DNA of 64,000 nucleotides from Candidatus Marinacidobacterium sp. (GCA_965262645.1 CBDHFO010000017.1:1252134-1316133), one strand, 5' to 3'. Shown: positions 36,458-47,024, numbered from the stretch's first letter. Translations and numbers: made by a program. The notes: generated from the sequence alone by a model not told the origin.

Positions 36458-38019
36458 AGCGGGATGTTGCCGTGCTTTTTCGGAGGATTCCGGTCCCGCT
36501 TGGTGGAAAGGGAAGAGAGTGCGGAAGCCAGCTTCCGGCGCGTGCTGCGCGGAAGGATCACCTCGTCCACGTAACCTCGCTCCGCCGCCACGTAAGGATT
36601 CGCGAAGCGCTCCCGGTAGGCGGCCACGCGATCGGCGCGCTCCTGTTCAGGATCCTCGGCCTTCTCAAGTTCCTGGCGATACAGGACGTTCACGGCGCCT
36701 TCCGGCCCCATCACCGCTATTTCCGCGGCCGGCCACGCGTAGTTGAGGTCGGTGCGGATGTGCTTGCTGGCCATCACGCAGTACGCACCCCCGTACGCCT
36801 TACGGGTGATCACCGTGACCTTGGGCACGGTGGCTTCGGCGAACGCGTAGAGCAGCTTCGCGCCGTGACGGATGATCCCTCCCCATTCCTGCTGGGTTCC
36901 CGGCAAAAAACCCGGAACGTCCTCGAACACGACGAGCGGAATGTTGAAGGCGTCGCAGAACCGCACGAACCGCGCCCCCTTCACCGAGGCATGAATGTCC
37001 AAGACGCCGGCCAACACGGCCGGCTGGTTCGCGACGACGCCCACCGGGGCTCCGGCGATCCGGGCGAAACCGACCACCAGGTTCCCGGCGTGCAGCGCCT
37101 GGACTTCCAGAAAACCACCGTCGTCCACAATCTCGCCGATGAGGTCCTTGACGTCGTAGGGCTGATCGGGCTGCTCGGGCACCAGACTGTCGAGCGACGG
37201 GATTTCCCGGTCGGGCGGGTCCGCCGACGGACGCCGCGGGGGTCCTTCGAGGTTGTTCGAAGGGAGGAAGGAGAGGAGCTGCCGGATCAGACCGAGGCAG
37301 TCCTCGTCGTTTTCGCCGAGGAAGTGGGCGTTCCCTGACACGGTGTTGTGGGTTTCCGCGCCACCGAGGTCCTCCATGGTCACTTCCTCGTGGGTGACCG
37401 CGCGGATCACGTCGGGCCCGGTCACGAACATGTAGCTGGTGCCGCGAGACATGATCGTGAAATCGGTGATTGCCGGGGAATAGACGGCACCGCCTGCACA
37501 CGGCCCGAGGATGGCCGAAATCTGGGGAACCACCCCCGAAGCCAGCGTGTTTCTCAGGAAAATGTCCGCATACCCGGCGAGCGAAACCACCCCTTCCTGA
37601 ATGCGGGCCCCGCCCGAATCGTTCAGTCCGATGATCGGGGCCCCCTGCCGGACCGCCAAGTCCATGGTCCGGCAGATTTTTTCGGCGTACGCCTCACTTA
37701 GCGAGCCGCCGAGAACCGTGAAATCCTGGGAGAACAGGTAGACCAGTCGTCCGTCAATCCGCGCGTATCCCGTCACCACTCCATCCCCGGGATAGCGCCG
37801 GCGGTCGAGCCCAAAGTCGCGCGAACGATGTTCGACCAGTTTCCCGGTCTCCTCGAAGGACCCGGCGTCGGCGAGCGTCGCGATCCGCTCGCGCGCCGTC
37901 AGTCTTCCCGAACGTCGCTGGCGTTCGAGCCTCTCCTCGCCTCCCCCCGCTTCCGCGGCGCGGTTCCGCGCTTCAAGTTCGGCGAAGGACTCCGCACGGC
38001 CTCCGGATTTCGCGGACAC
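36454..38019 (-). CDS. acyl-CoA carboxylase carboxyltransferase subunit (propionyl-/methylmalonyl-CoA type)
   Basis: About 520 aa. [35 protein letters not shown] and a second-half ...[13 protein letters not shown].. are typical of the PccB/AccD5 family. GTG start. The TAA stop lies in the CTGTTAG terminus of the short F1 copy. Confidence 0.85.
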   Translation of the reverse strand: MSAKSGGRAESFAELEARNRAAEAGGGEERLERQRRSGRLTARERIATLADAGSFEETGKLVEHRSRDFGLDRRRYPGDGVVTGYARIDGRLVYLFSQDFTVLGGSLSEAYAEKICRTMDLAVRQGAPIIGLNDSGGARIQEGVVSLAGYADIFLRNTLASGVVPQISAILGPCAGGAVYSPAITDFTIMSRGTSYMFVTGPDVIRAVTHEEVTMEDLGGAETHNTVSGNAHFLGENDEDCLGLIRQLLSFLPSNNLEGPPRRPSADPPDREIPSLDSLVPEQPDQPYDVKDLIGEIVDDGGFLEVQALHAGNLVVGFARIAGAPVGVVANQPAVLAGVLDIHASVKGARFVRFCDAFNIPLVVFEDVPGFLPGTQQEWGGIIRHGAKLLYAFAEATVPKVTVITRKAYGGAYCVMASKHIRTDLNYAWPAAEIAVMGPEGAVNVLYRQELEKAEDPEQERADRVAAYRERFANPYVAAERGYVDEVILPRSTRRKLASALSSLSTKRDRNPPKKHGNIPL

Positions 38020-38020
38020 C

Positions 38021-38125
38021 TCAGCGGCCTGTGGACGAAGTCACGCGGCCCGGTTCGGCGGGCGAACAGCGATGCCCGTTCTCCCAGTGCGGCCCCCGAC
38101 GCTCACGCGATTTGTCCCCAGGATG
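38021..38125 (-). repeat. F1 repeat, decayed copy, reverse orientation
   Basis: TCAGCGGCCTGTGGACGAAGTCACGCGGCCCGGTT...CCCGTTCTCCCAGTGCGGCCCCCGACGCTCACGCGATTTGTCCCCAGG parallels the ...GTGGACA.AGTC.CGCGG / core box / CTCACGCGCCTTGTCAGCC order. Confidence 0.5.
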
Positions 38126-38146
38126 CTGGCCGGACCCGGCGGCGGG

Positions 38147-38794
38147 TCAGCTGACCCTGGCGGCGGCCCAGTCCTTCAAGAAGCGCTCGAGACCGATGTC
38201 CGTCAGCGGATGTTTGATCAGCAGATTCAGCACCTTCGCCGGCATCGTGGCGATATCAGCTCCCAGCCGCGCCGCTTCCACGACGTGCAGGGGATTCCGG
38301 ATGCTGGCCACCAGAATCTGGGTGGGAAAGCCGTAGTTGTCGTAGACCTCCCGAATGTCCGCAATCAACTGCATTCCGGGAGCGGCGATGTCGTCAAGCC
38401 GACCCACGAAAGGACTCACGATGTAGGCGCCGGCCTTGGCGGCGAAAAGCGCCTGTGGAAGGCTGAAGCAGAGGGTTACGTTGACGCGAATCCCGTCCTC
38501 CTTCAGCTCCCGGACCGCGCGCAGGCCATCGGGCGTCAGCGGACACTTGACAATGATGTTCGGGGCGATGGTGGCGAGTTCCCGGCCCTCGGCCACCATG
38601 CCGGCGGTGCCCGTTGAGAGCACCTCCGCCGAAACATCGCCCGGAACCAACTCGGCAATCCGAGCCAGGATTTCCCGCGGGTCTCCCGTTTCCTTCGCCA
38701 TGAGCGAAGGGTTCGTGGTGACGCCGTCCACGAGCCCCATCTCGGCGGCGCGCGAGATCTCGTCGAGATTGGCAGTGTCGAGAAATATTTGCAT
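38147..38794 (-). CDS. transaldolase / fructose-6-phosphate aldolase family (short type)
   Basis: MQIFLDTANLDEI..., VTTNPSL and IVKCP motifs, about 215 aa. Confidence 0.85.
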   Translation of the reverse strand: MQIFLDTANLDEISRAAEMGLVDGVTTNPSLMAKETGDPREILARIAELVPGDVSAEVLSTGTAGMVAEGRELATIAPNIIVKCPLTPDGLRAVRELKEDGIRVNVTLCFSLPQALFAAKAGAYIVSPFVGRLDDIAAPGMQLIADIREVYDNYGFPTQILVASIRNPLHVVEAARLGADIATMPAKVLNLLIKHPLTDIGLERFLKDWAAARVS

Positions 38795-39013
38795 TCGCGC
38801 CCGGCACCCGCCGGGCCGGAATCCGGCCCGGAAGTCTGAACCCGATCCCCGATGCGATTCTACCGTCTGCCGGGAACGCCGGGCCAGTTCTTCCGGTGGG
38901 GGTCTTCAGACCGGCATCGCCAGCCGCAGGCTGGCAAAACTCCCAGCGCGATCGGGACACCTGATCCTTGGCAATCGCGGGCATTTCAAGGCCTCATTCA
39001 CCCCGTCGATCCC

Positions 39014-40849
39014 CTATCTCGGATTGGCTCTGCGGCTCTCGGACGGCAGGCTCTCGTTGGGCGGATCGGCGCCGTCGATGGCCGTCACGGCGTAGCGAAA
39101 GGCCCCCCGCGGATCCCGGGCTCCGTCACCGAACGTGGTCTGCTCGATGGGCGATTCCGTCAAACGCTCGAAGCCGGAGCCGTCCGGGCCGGAGCGGTAG
39201 ACGTGGTATCCGACGACGTCCTGCGAGACCGACTCGCTCCAACTGAGCTCGGTTTGCTCGGCTCGCCAGAACAGACGCAGATCCGACGGAGGCAGCGGTG
39301 GAAAGACATCGACCGGAGTGACGCAGGCTTCGGCTGACAGCGGCCCGACGCTGAGCGCCGATGATCCGGTCCCGGAGACCCGGATCGGGATCGGGCTCCA
39401 GGGCGCCTCTGCCGCCTCCAGCGCGTCCGGGGCCGAAGACGCCGGATCCTCGTTCGGGATCGCGGATTCCTGAGACGGATCGGTCGGGGCGACGCCTTCG
39501 ACTTCGGGGTCCTGGAAACCAGGTGCCTCCGTGCCGTCGTTCGCCTCGAGATCGCCCGACGCCGCATCCGGACCGGGATCGGGGAGCGTCCGTTCGTCAT
39601 CACCCCCCGCCATGACGAGCCGCGCGCTGTAGCAGACCGCTTGCCCCCAGATCACTTCGGAATCAGCGAGAGTCGGCCCGAAAGACCTTCCGAAGCGTTC
39701 GGCCGGGCCATCCCGTCGCCGGAAGACCTCGAAAATCGGGTCGGTCAGGGTCGAAACCGACTCCAAGCCGGCCCGTGGATCCAACCACCGGACAGTCAGC
39801 GCCTGGGGGCCGACTTCAACGCTGACCTCGCGTACCGGCGGAAGTGGTCCGATCACGTCGAGGGATTGCGGTTCGCTCTCCTCGCTCGAACCACCGCGGG
39901 CCTCGTACCGGACGCTGATCTCCAACCGCCGGCCAATCCATTCCGGATCGACCGGCAGTTCCAGGACCCGCTCTTCCCCGAGGACTTCCGAATCCACTTC
40001 GGACAGAACCTCGAACTCGAACTCGTCGTAGTCGAGCAGCACTCCCGCGGGTTCGGGGTCGTCCTCCGGCTCCGGGGGTTCGGTTGAGTCCTCGCTGTCA
40101 GGCTCTCCCCCTTCGGGTTCCGGGTCGTCCTCCGTCTCCGGGGGTTGAGCAGCGCCCTCGCTGTCAGGCTCTCCCCCTTCGGGTTCCGTGATCCCCGGCT
40201 CTTCCGGCGCTTCCCCCGGCCCCGGTACCGGGTCTGATTCTTCGGCAGGCAGCTCACCGGCGGCAGGCTCCTCCTGCCCTTCGGCAACCGGCGGCGCCTC
40301 GTCCGGCAGCGTCTCGCCCGCCTCCCCCTCCGGTTCGGTGGTCAGCGCAGTTTCCGCAGCGGGAGCGGGTGGCTCCCCCTCGGGGGCCAGTTCGACGGTC
40401 TCCGGGACTTCGGGATCGGACGTAGCTTCCTCGACTGTTTGTGTCTCGGTACTTTCCGACTCAGGCGGCTCGGGGACCGCCTCGTCCTCGGGAGGCGCCT
40501 CCCCGCTTTCTTCTTCCTCGGCGTCTTCCTCGCCCGCACGTTGGGCGGCGCGCTCCTCGGCGGCCAGACGATGGATGTCCACAAGGCGGTAGGACACGAC
40601 CGCTCTGCGCAGCCGTAACTCTTCCACGTCCCCACCGGAGCTGAGACGCGGCGCGTACCAACGAATCAGGATCTGTCCTCCCTCCTCCCGCAGGGGAAGG
40701 AGCCGAGGCGTCTCCGGCTCCACCTGTAGCGGCGGGAGCGGTGGTCCCCGGCGACCGCATCCCGCCGTACCGAGCCCCAGAAGGAGGGCGAGCGCGCCAA
40801 TCGAGGCGCGGCCCCAACCCGCAAATCCGACAAGCCCGGTCCAGTTCAT
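39014..40849 (-). CDS. lipoprotein with a roughly 180-aa acidic Pro/Glu-rich low-complexity insert and beta-rich (Fn3-like?) C-terminal part
   Basis: MNWTGLVGFAGWGRASIGALALLLGLGTAGC lipobox. PE-rich tract with near-identical PEGGEPDSE..PPE.EDDPE units. C-terminal ...VVGYHVYRSG... The start is taken at the ATG at 40849; the ORF top is a GTG at 40891 inside an F1 fragment. Confidence 0.55.
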   Translation of the reverse strand: MNWTGLVGFAGWGRASIGALALLLGLGTAGCGRRGPPLPPLQVEPETPRLLPLREEGGQILIRWYAPRLSSGGDVEELRLRRAVVSYRLVDIHRLAAEERAAQRAGEEDAEEEESGEAPPEDEAVPEPPESESTETQTVEEATSDPEVPETVELAPEGEPPAPAAETALTTEPEGEAGETLPDEAPPVAEGQEEPAAGELPAEESDPVPGPGEAPEEPGITEPEGGEPDSEGAAQPPETEDDPEPEGGEPDSEDSTEPPEPEDDPEPAGVLLDYDEFEFEVLSEVDSEVLGEERVLELPVDPEWIGRRLEISVRYEARGGSSEESEPQSLDVIGPLPPVREVSVEVGPQALTVRWLDPRAGLESVSTLTDPIFEVFRRRDGPAERFGRSFGPTLADSEVIWGQAVCYSARLVMAGGDDERTLPDPGPDAASGDLEANDGTEAPGFQDPEVEGVAPTDPSQESAIPNEDPASSAPDALEAAEAPWSPIPIRVSGTGSSALSVGPLSAEACVTPVDVFPPLPPSDLRLFWRAEQTELSWSESVSQDVVGYHVYRSGPDGSGFERLTESPIEQTTFGDGARDPRGAFRYAVTAIDGADPPNESLPSESRRANPR

Positions 40850-40888
40850 CGGGGACACCCCGGGCGCGGGCCGCCCGTTCTCGCCCAT

Positions 40889-40984
40889 CACACGCGCCTT
40901 GTCAGCCGGGCCCCCACCGGGAGAACTGGCCCCACCGGGAGAACTGGCCGGGCTCGGCGCTCACCCGGGTTCCACCACAGGCTG

Positions 40985-40988
<4 letters not shown>
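40889..40988 (-). repeat. F1 repeat, copy 9 (partial; one arm plus two tandem core boxes), reverse orientation
   Basis: CACGCGCCTTGTCAGCCGGGCCCCCACCGGGAGAACTGGCCCCACCGGGAGAACTGGCCGGGCTCGGCGCTCACCCGGGTTCCACCACAGGCTGTTAG. Confidence 0.85.
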
Positions 40989-42403
<1,415 letters not shown>

Positions 42404-42427
42404 TGGAGGGAGATAGTTGACCAGACG

Positions 42428-42964
42428 TCACACCTCTTCGAACATCACTTGCCCGTTCGTGTAGATGCAGATGGCGTCGGTGACGCGCATCGCCTCCTCG
42501 GCGATTTCTCTCGCCGAGAGCCTGGTGCGCGAGGCCAGCGCCCGCGCCGCAGCCATAGCGAAGGGAGCACCCGCCCCGATCGCCATGATGCCGTCGTCCG
42601 GTTGCATGAGGTCCCCGTCGCCGGAAAGGAGGAACATGTGGTCCTTGTCGACGACGAGCAACAGGGCATCCAGATGCCGGAGAACCCGGTCCGTCCGCCA
42701 ATCCTGAGCAAGTTCCACCGAGGCCCGCTCCAGATTGCCCCGATGCGCCTCCAGCTTCATCTCGAACTTCGCGAAGAGCGCCTGAGCGTCCGCGGTGGCG
42801 CCAGCGAAACCGGCCAGGACCGACCCTTCGCTCAGACGGCGCAGCTTGCGCGCTCCGTGCTTGACCACGATGTCCCCAAGAGTGACCTGCCCGTCGGCGG
42901 CGAGGGTCGTCCGTCCGCTGCGCCGGACGGCCAGCACGGTCGTGGAGTGGAACGGTGACGGCAC
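42428..42964 (-). CDS. hslV: ATP-dependent protease subunit HslV
   Basis: ...HSTTVLAVRRSGRTTLAADGQVTLGDIVVKHGARKLRRL... is the HslV N-terminal Thr region. The start is set at the only nearby in-frame start (GTG at 42964), giving a short propeptide. Uncertain. Confidence 0.85.
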   Translation of the reverse strand: MPSPFHSTTVLAVRRSGRTTLAADGQVTLGDIVVKHGARKLRRLSEGSVLAGFAGATADAQALFAKFEMKLEAHRGNLERASVELAQDWRTDRVLRHLDALLLVVDKDHMFLLSGDGDLMQPDDGIMAIGAGAPFAMAAARALASRTRLSAREIAEEAMRVTDAICIYTNGQVMFEEV

Positions 42965-43072
42965 GGAGCGGAACTGATGCGGAACCCCCGCGCGCCTGGA
43001 CCATCGCGAAGCCGAGCGCAACCCGCTGATTGCGGGCAACCGAGAGCGGTTTTCCACACGGGGTAGTCGGGC

Positions 43073-43101
43073 AGTATAGCCGGGGCCCCGAGGGCTTGTA
43101 A
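43073..43101 (-). promoter_or_regulatory. candidate sigma-70 promoter for hslVU
   Basis: Minus strand reads TTACAA, a 17-nt spacer, then TATACT, about 110 nt upstream of the hslV start, in a locally AT-richer patch. Sequence match only. Confidence 0.35.
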
Positions 43102-43162
43102 TTCCACAATGACAACGCCCGGGTGGCCTCGTAAGGGGCGGATCGGCGGGTACTCTTGGCGA

Positions 43163-43549
43163 ATGAGGCTGCTCTTCGCCGTAGTTGTGGTCAGCGGCAT
43201 CTACGATGTTCTGCTGGGCGGCGCGCTGCTCTTCGCTCTCGAAGAAGTCCGGCGACTGTTCGGCACCGAGCCGCCGCTTTTCCCGATCCACGCGAATCTG
43301 AACGGCCTCTTCGCCCTGGGGATCGGTCTTGGGTATTTCGCGATCCTGAAGAATCTGGAAGCGAATCGCTGGTACATCTGGATCATGGGTCCCCTGCTCA
43401 AGGGAGGTGGGGCGCTGCTCTTTGTGCTGGACTTCGTGCTCCGGGGTTCTCCTCCCGTATTCCTGGTATTCGCCGCTTCGGACGGCGCCCTCGCCGCCAT
43501 CACGACCGCCGCACTCCTTGGCTCTGCTCCTCGGAGCCGCGGCGCGTGA
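43163..43549 (+). CDS. hypothetical integral membrane protein (about 4 TM)
   Basis: MRLLFAVVVVSGIYDVLLGGALLFAL..., LFALGIGLGYFAIL, WIMGPLLKGGGALLFVLDFVL and VFLVFAASDGALAAITTAALL hydrophobic segments. No recognised family. Confidence 0.45.
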   Translation: MRLLFAVVVVSGIYDVLLGGALLFALEEVRRLFGTEPPLFPIHANLNGLFALGIGLGYFAILKNLEANRWYIWIMGPLLKGGGALLFVLDFVLRGSPPVFLVFAASDGALAAITTAALLGSAPRSRGA

Positions 43550-43560
43550 AGAAGCCGCTC

Positions 43561-43590
43561 CCCGACCCGATCCGACCCGACCCGACCCGA
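43561..43590. repeat. pentanucleotide tandem repeat (CCCGA)x6
   Basis: CCCGACCCGATCCGACCCGACCCGACCCGA lies just after the stop of the membrane-protein gene and upstream of the sigma-like gene. Confidence 0.8.
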
Positions 43591-43671
43591 CGCCTAAGTC
43601 TTAGACAGGAACACGCAAAAGGGTTTCTTACAGCGAGCCGAAGGGAATAGAATACCCCGCTCGCGCCGTCG

Positions 43672-44376
43672 ATGAATTCCTGGGAGCTGCTTCGCCGCCT
43701 TGTGGTAGCGCGTCGGGATGACCCCTTGTGGGAGGTCCTCTTTCGCCGGTGCCAAGTCCTGATTCGGGCGAGGCTGCGATCGCGGTTCCGGGGCCGCCGG
43801 CGGGTGGACACCGCCCTCGAGGATGACCTTTGCCAGGACGTAATGGAAAGGCTCGTCTCAGACGGGCGCAGGGTCCTCAGCCGGTTCGAGGGGAAGCGCG
43901 AAGAGGCTTTCGCGGGCTACATCCGCCGGATAACGGAGAATCTTCTCTGTGACCAATTCCGTCGTGAAGCGTTCCGCCTCAAGATGGAAACGTCCTTTGG
44001 CCCCGAAGAGCTGTGGCGGCTTGAAGCGGCCCTTGCGGACAGCACGTTCCAGTATGTCGGAGACGATCCCGAAGCGGCGGTGGAGAGACGTGAGTACGAT
44101 GAAAGCGTCGAACGGATGCTCCGGCAGATTTCCGTTGATGATCGCCAACGCGCCCTGAACCGGTTTCTCTACCAGCGGTTTTTCAAAAGCCAGTACAGCA
44201 TCCCGCAAATCGCGCGGCTGCGGGCGGTGCCGCTCAGCGTCTCCTCCGTCGCCCGGCGAATCAGGCTGATGCGCCGAGAGCTGGCGACGTACCTGGCACC
44301 CCACTGGCAACGGGCGGCTATCCGACCGGCGGGCCGGTCGACCCGCAAAAAACGGACAACGAAAAAGTCCACCTGA
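43672..44376 (+). CDS. sigma-70 family (ECF-like) sigma factor
   Basis: DLCQDVMERLV...F.GYIRRITENLLCDQFRRE is region-2-like. SIPQIARLRAVPLSVSSVARRIRLMRRELA is a region-4 HTH. Basic tail. No adjacent anti-sigma seen. Confidence 0.5.
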   Translation: MNSWELLRRLVVARRDDPLWEVLFRRCQVLIRARLRSRFRGRRRVDTALEDDLCQDVMERLVSDGRRVLSRFEGKREEAFAGYIRRITENLLCDQFRREAFRLKMETSFGPEELWRLEAALADSTFQYVGDDPEAAVERREYDESVERMLRQISVDDRQRALNRFLYQRFFKSQYSIPQIARLRAVPLSVSSVARRIRLMRRELATYLAPHWQRAAIRPAGRSTRKKRTTKKST

Positions 44377-44417
44377 AGCCCAATTCCCCGGCAGAATCGG
44401 AAAAACAGCAGCGGCGC

Positions 44418-45788
44418 TCAGCGGAACCGGGAATCAGCCGTACTTCCGGCGCTGAGTCCCACCATGAGGTCCATGACGTTCGTACCGGTCGGGCCCGTGA
44501 TCAACAAATCGCCGGTTTCCCGGAACAGTGACCAGGAATCGTTCGTCTGCAGCGTGACGACCGGATCCACCCCCCTCTCCCGGGCCCGGCTCCAGGAATC
44601 CCCGTCAGCGAAAGCCCCGGCCGCATTCGTGGGGCCGTCGGTGCCGTCCGTGCCGGCCGCGAGCAGCGCCACCCCGGGAACCCCGTCGAGATCTCCGGCG
44701 GCGACCAGCGCAAACTCCTGGCTCCTCCCCCCCCGGCCGTCTCCCGTTACCCGCAGGGTCAGCTCGCCTCCCGCGAGCAGCGCCGCCGGGACGGGTCTCG
44801 AACCGAGGGCCGTCAGGCGGCGCGCGAACCGGTGAGCGGTGGCGTGGACTTCGCCGGAGAGATCCCGTCCGAAGATCTCCGTGAGGTAGCCGAGGCGGGA
44901 CGCCTCCTCCACGGCGGCACGAAGGGAATGGAAGTTGCTGGCGACAATGTGGTGGGGAACCGCGCCGTCGGGGGAGTCCGGGGTTTCGGGAATCGCGCCG
45001 GCGACTCCCTCCCGGAGGCGGTGGATGACCGATCCCGGGACGCGGCCCGTCAAATCAAACTTCCGGAGCACCTCCACGGCATCCCGGAAGGTCGTGGGAT
45101 CGGCCGTCGCCGGCCCGGAACCGATGGAAGTCAACTGGTCGCCGATGACATCGGAAATGACGAGCGCCGCGGCTCGCCCGGCTGGCAGCAGGGGCATCAA
45201 TCCTCCCCCCTTGACCGCCGAGAGGTGCTTCCTGACCGTGTTCATTTCGTGGATATCGGCACCGCAGGCGAGCAACAGGGAACTCACCTGCGATTTGTCT
45301 TCGAGGGTGATGCCGGCGGCGGGGGCGACGAGAAGCGCGGAGGCTCCGCCGGTCAGCAGCACGAGGACCCGGCTGTCCTTGCCGATCCTTCCGAGATCCT
45401 CGAGCAACCGCTCCGTTGCCGCGACCGAGTTGGCGTCCGGAACCGGATGCCCCGCCTCCTCGACAACCACGCCCGGAACCTCGATCCGGTGGTCGTGCTT
45501 GACGATGATCCTTCCCCGGACGGTCTCCCCGACGAGCCGGCGCTGGACCCCCCTCGCGAGAGCCGCCGCCGCCTTGCCGGCCCCAAACAGGAAGACCGGT
45601 TCTCCCTCCACGCGAGGCGGCGGCAACACATGCTCTCCCCGGAAGGACCAGCCGGAAACCAAGTCTCCCTGGAGATCCCGTTCCAGGATCCGTTCCGGAT
45701 CGGCGGCTCGCAGCGCGGCCTGGTAGATGGCGGAAAGATCCCGGCGCAGCGGTTCGGACACCGGCGACCGGCCTTTTCGACCCCCCAT
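44418..45788 (-). CDS. glycerate 2-kinase / hydroxypyruvate reductase-like (DUF4147 + MOFRL)
   Basis: FLFGAGKAAAALARGV, LLTGGASALL, ...ISDVIGD.L..IGSGP... and GGELT..V.G.GRGGRSQEFAL...L......LLAAGTDGTDGPT are typical of the GckA/TtuD family. ATG at 45788. Confidence 0.75.
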   Translation of the reverse strand: MGGRKGRSPVSEPLRRDLSAIYQAALRAADPERILERDLQGDLVSGWSFRGEHVLPPPRVEGEPVFLFGAGKAAAALARGVQRRLVGETVRGRIIVKHDHRIEVPGVVVEEAGHPVPDANSVAATERLLEDLGRIGKDSRVLVLLTGGASALLVAPAAGITLEDKSQVSSLLLACGADIHEMNTVRKHLSAVKGGGLMPLLPAGRAAALVISDVIGDQLTSIGSGPATADPTTFRDAVEVLRKFDLTGRVPGSVIHRLREGVAGAIPETPDSPDGAVPHHIVASNFHSLRAAVEEASRLGYLTEIFGRDLSGEVHATAHRFARRLTALGSRPVPAALLAGGELTLRVTGDGRGGRSQEFALVAAGDLDGVPGVALLAAGTDGTDGPTNAAGAFADGDSWSRARERGVDPVVTLQTNDSWSLFRETGDLLITGPTGTNVMDLMVGLSAGSTADSRFR

Positions 45789-45853
45789 GTCGGTCAAGAA
45801 CACCGGGTTGGGGACGGCGGAGATACCGGCATCCGGACAGTTAGAGTTGCCCG

Positions 45854-45982
45854 ATGAACGGGCCGGCGCAAACGGGCGGACCGAACCCGAAGCGCTGGCA
45901 CTTCGTATTGGCATTCGCGCCCATCGTCGTGGCGCTGCTCGCCCTCGGCGGCCTCCTGTGGTTTCACTGCGGAAGGGTCTGA
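45854..45982 (+). CDS. candidate small membrane protein (42 aa), not in the ORF track
   Basis: MNGPAQTGGPNPKRWHFVLAFAPIVVALLALGGLLWFHCGRV has one clear TM helix. 35 of 41 sense codons end in G/C, as real genes here do. Lies 40 nt upstream of the GYF-AIM24 gene. Confidence 0.35.
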   Translation: MNGPAQTGGPNPKRWHFVLAFAPIVVALLALGGLLWFHCGRV

Positions 45983-46022
45983 GGGAACGATCGGCGCGTC
46001 CGGGTTCGCGAAAGGAGAAATC

Positions 46023-47024
46023 ATGTCAACCAGTCAATGGTACGTAGCGGAAGGAGGCCGGACGCTTGGTCCGTTCTCCAGCGCCGATGTCCTGCAGGCT
46101 CTCCAGAGCGGACGCTGGACCGCGGCGACCATGGTTTGCCCTCTCGGGGAAACCTCCTGGAAACCCGCCTCCAGCATCCCCGAACTGCGGGTCGGCATCG
46201 GCGCCGGCTCAGCCCCGCCCCGTCCTCGGGCGCCGCGGCGGATGCACGAAGTGGACTACCGGATCGTCGGCGAGGAAATGCAGTTCGTGGAAGTCGAGCT
46301 CGATCCCAGCGAAGGGGCGATCGCCGAAGCGGGCGCCATGATGTTCATGAGCTCCGGAATCGAGATGCAGACCATCTTCGGCACCGGTGGAGAGAGCGGC
46401 TTCATGGACAAGGTGCTCGGCGCCGGAAAGCGGCTGCTGACCGGCGAGAGCCTCTTCATGACCGAGTTCGTGAACCGCGGCGCCGGAAAGCAGCACGTGG
46501 CCTTCGCTTCACCCTACCCAGGCAAGATCCTGCCGGTGCGACTCGACGAACTCGGGGGCCGGCTTATCGCGCAGAAGGATGCCTTCCTGTGCGGCGCCAA
46601 AGGGGTGTCGATCGGGATCGCCTTTCAGCGGAAGATCGGTACGGCGCTCTTCGGAGGCGAGGGTTTCATCATGCAGTCGCTCGAGGGCGACGGCCTGGCC
46701 TTCCTGCACGCCGGCGGCACGATCATCAAGAAGGAACTGGCGGCCGGCGAGAACCTGCGGGTAGACACCGGGTGTCTGGTCGCGCTCGCCCCTTCGGTGA
46801 ACTACGACATTCAGTCCGTGGGCGGGATCAAGTCCGCCCTCTTCGGCGGAGAGGGATTCTTCTTCGCCAGCCTCACGGGACCGGGGTGGGTCTGGCTGCA
46901 GTCCCTGCCCTTCAGCCGATTGGCCGGCCGGATCCATCAGGCCGCGCCGCAGACAGGCCGCGGTGGCAAGGGAGAGGGTTCGCTCCTCGGCCGGCTCTCC
47001 GGGGTCGGTTGGGACGGCTCTTAG
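46023..47024 (+). CDS. GYF_2 (DUF4339) domain fused to AIM24/TIGR00266-family protein
   Basis: WYVAEGGRTLGPFSSADVLQALQSGRWTAATMVCPLGETSWKPASSIPEL is GYF_2-like. Then Y.I.G...Q.VEV.L.P.E...AE.GAMM.M...I.M.T and GEGFIMQSLEGDG.AFLHAGG are AIM24-like. AGGAGA precedes the ATG. The TAG stop is the TTAG terminus of F1 copy 10. Confidence 0.65.
   Translation: MSTSQWYVAEGGRTLGPFSSADVLQALQSGRWTAATMVCPLGETSWKPASSIPELRVGIGAGSAPPRPRAPRRMHEVDYRIVGEEMQFVEVELDPSEGAIAEAGAMMFMSSGIEMQTIFGTGGESGFMDKVLGAGKRLLTGESLFMTEFVNRGAGKQHVAFASPYPGKILPVRLDELGGRLIAQKDAFLCGAKGVSIGIAFQRKIGTALFGGEGFIMQSLEGDGLAFLHAGGTIIKKELAAGENLRVDTGCLVALAPSVNYDIQSVGGIKSALFGGEGFFFASLTGPGWVWLQSLPFSRLAGRIHQAAPQTGRGGKGEGSLLGRLSGVGWDGS

Noticed and set aside
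38795-39013. Gap between the lipoprotein and transaldolase genes as a further defined repeat copy
   Set aside because: It contains one core box (38884..38902) and a stretch loosely like the F2 terminus (GCAGGCTGGCAAAACTC). Collinearity with F1/F2 is too weak to call boundaries.
43590-43671. ECF-type promoter (GGAAC ... CGT) upstream of the sigma-like gene
   Set aside because: GGAAC is present at about 43606, but no CGT-type -10 lies at the expected 16-17-nt spacing.
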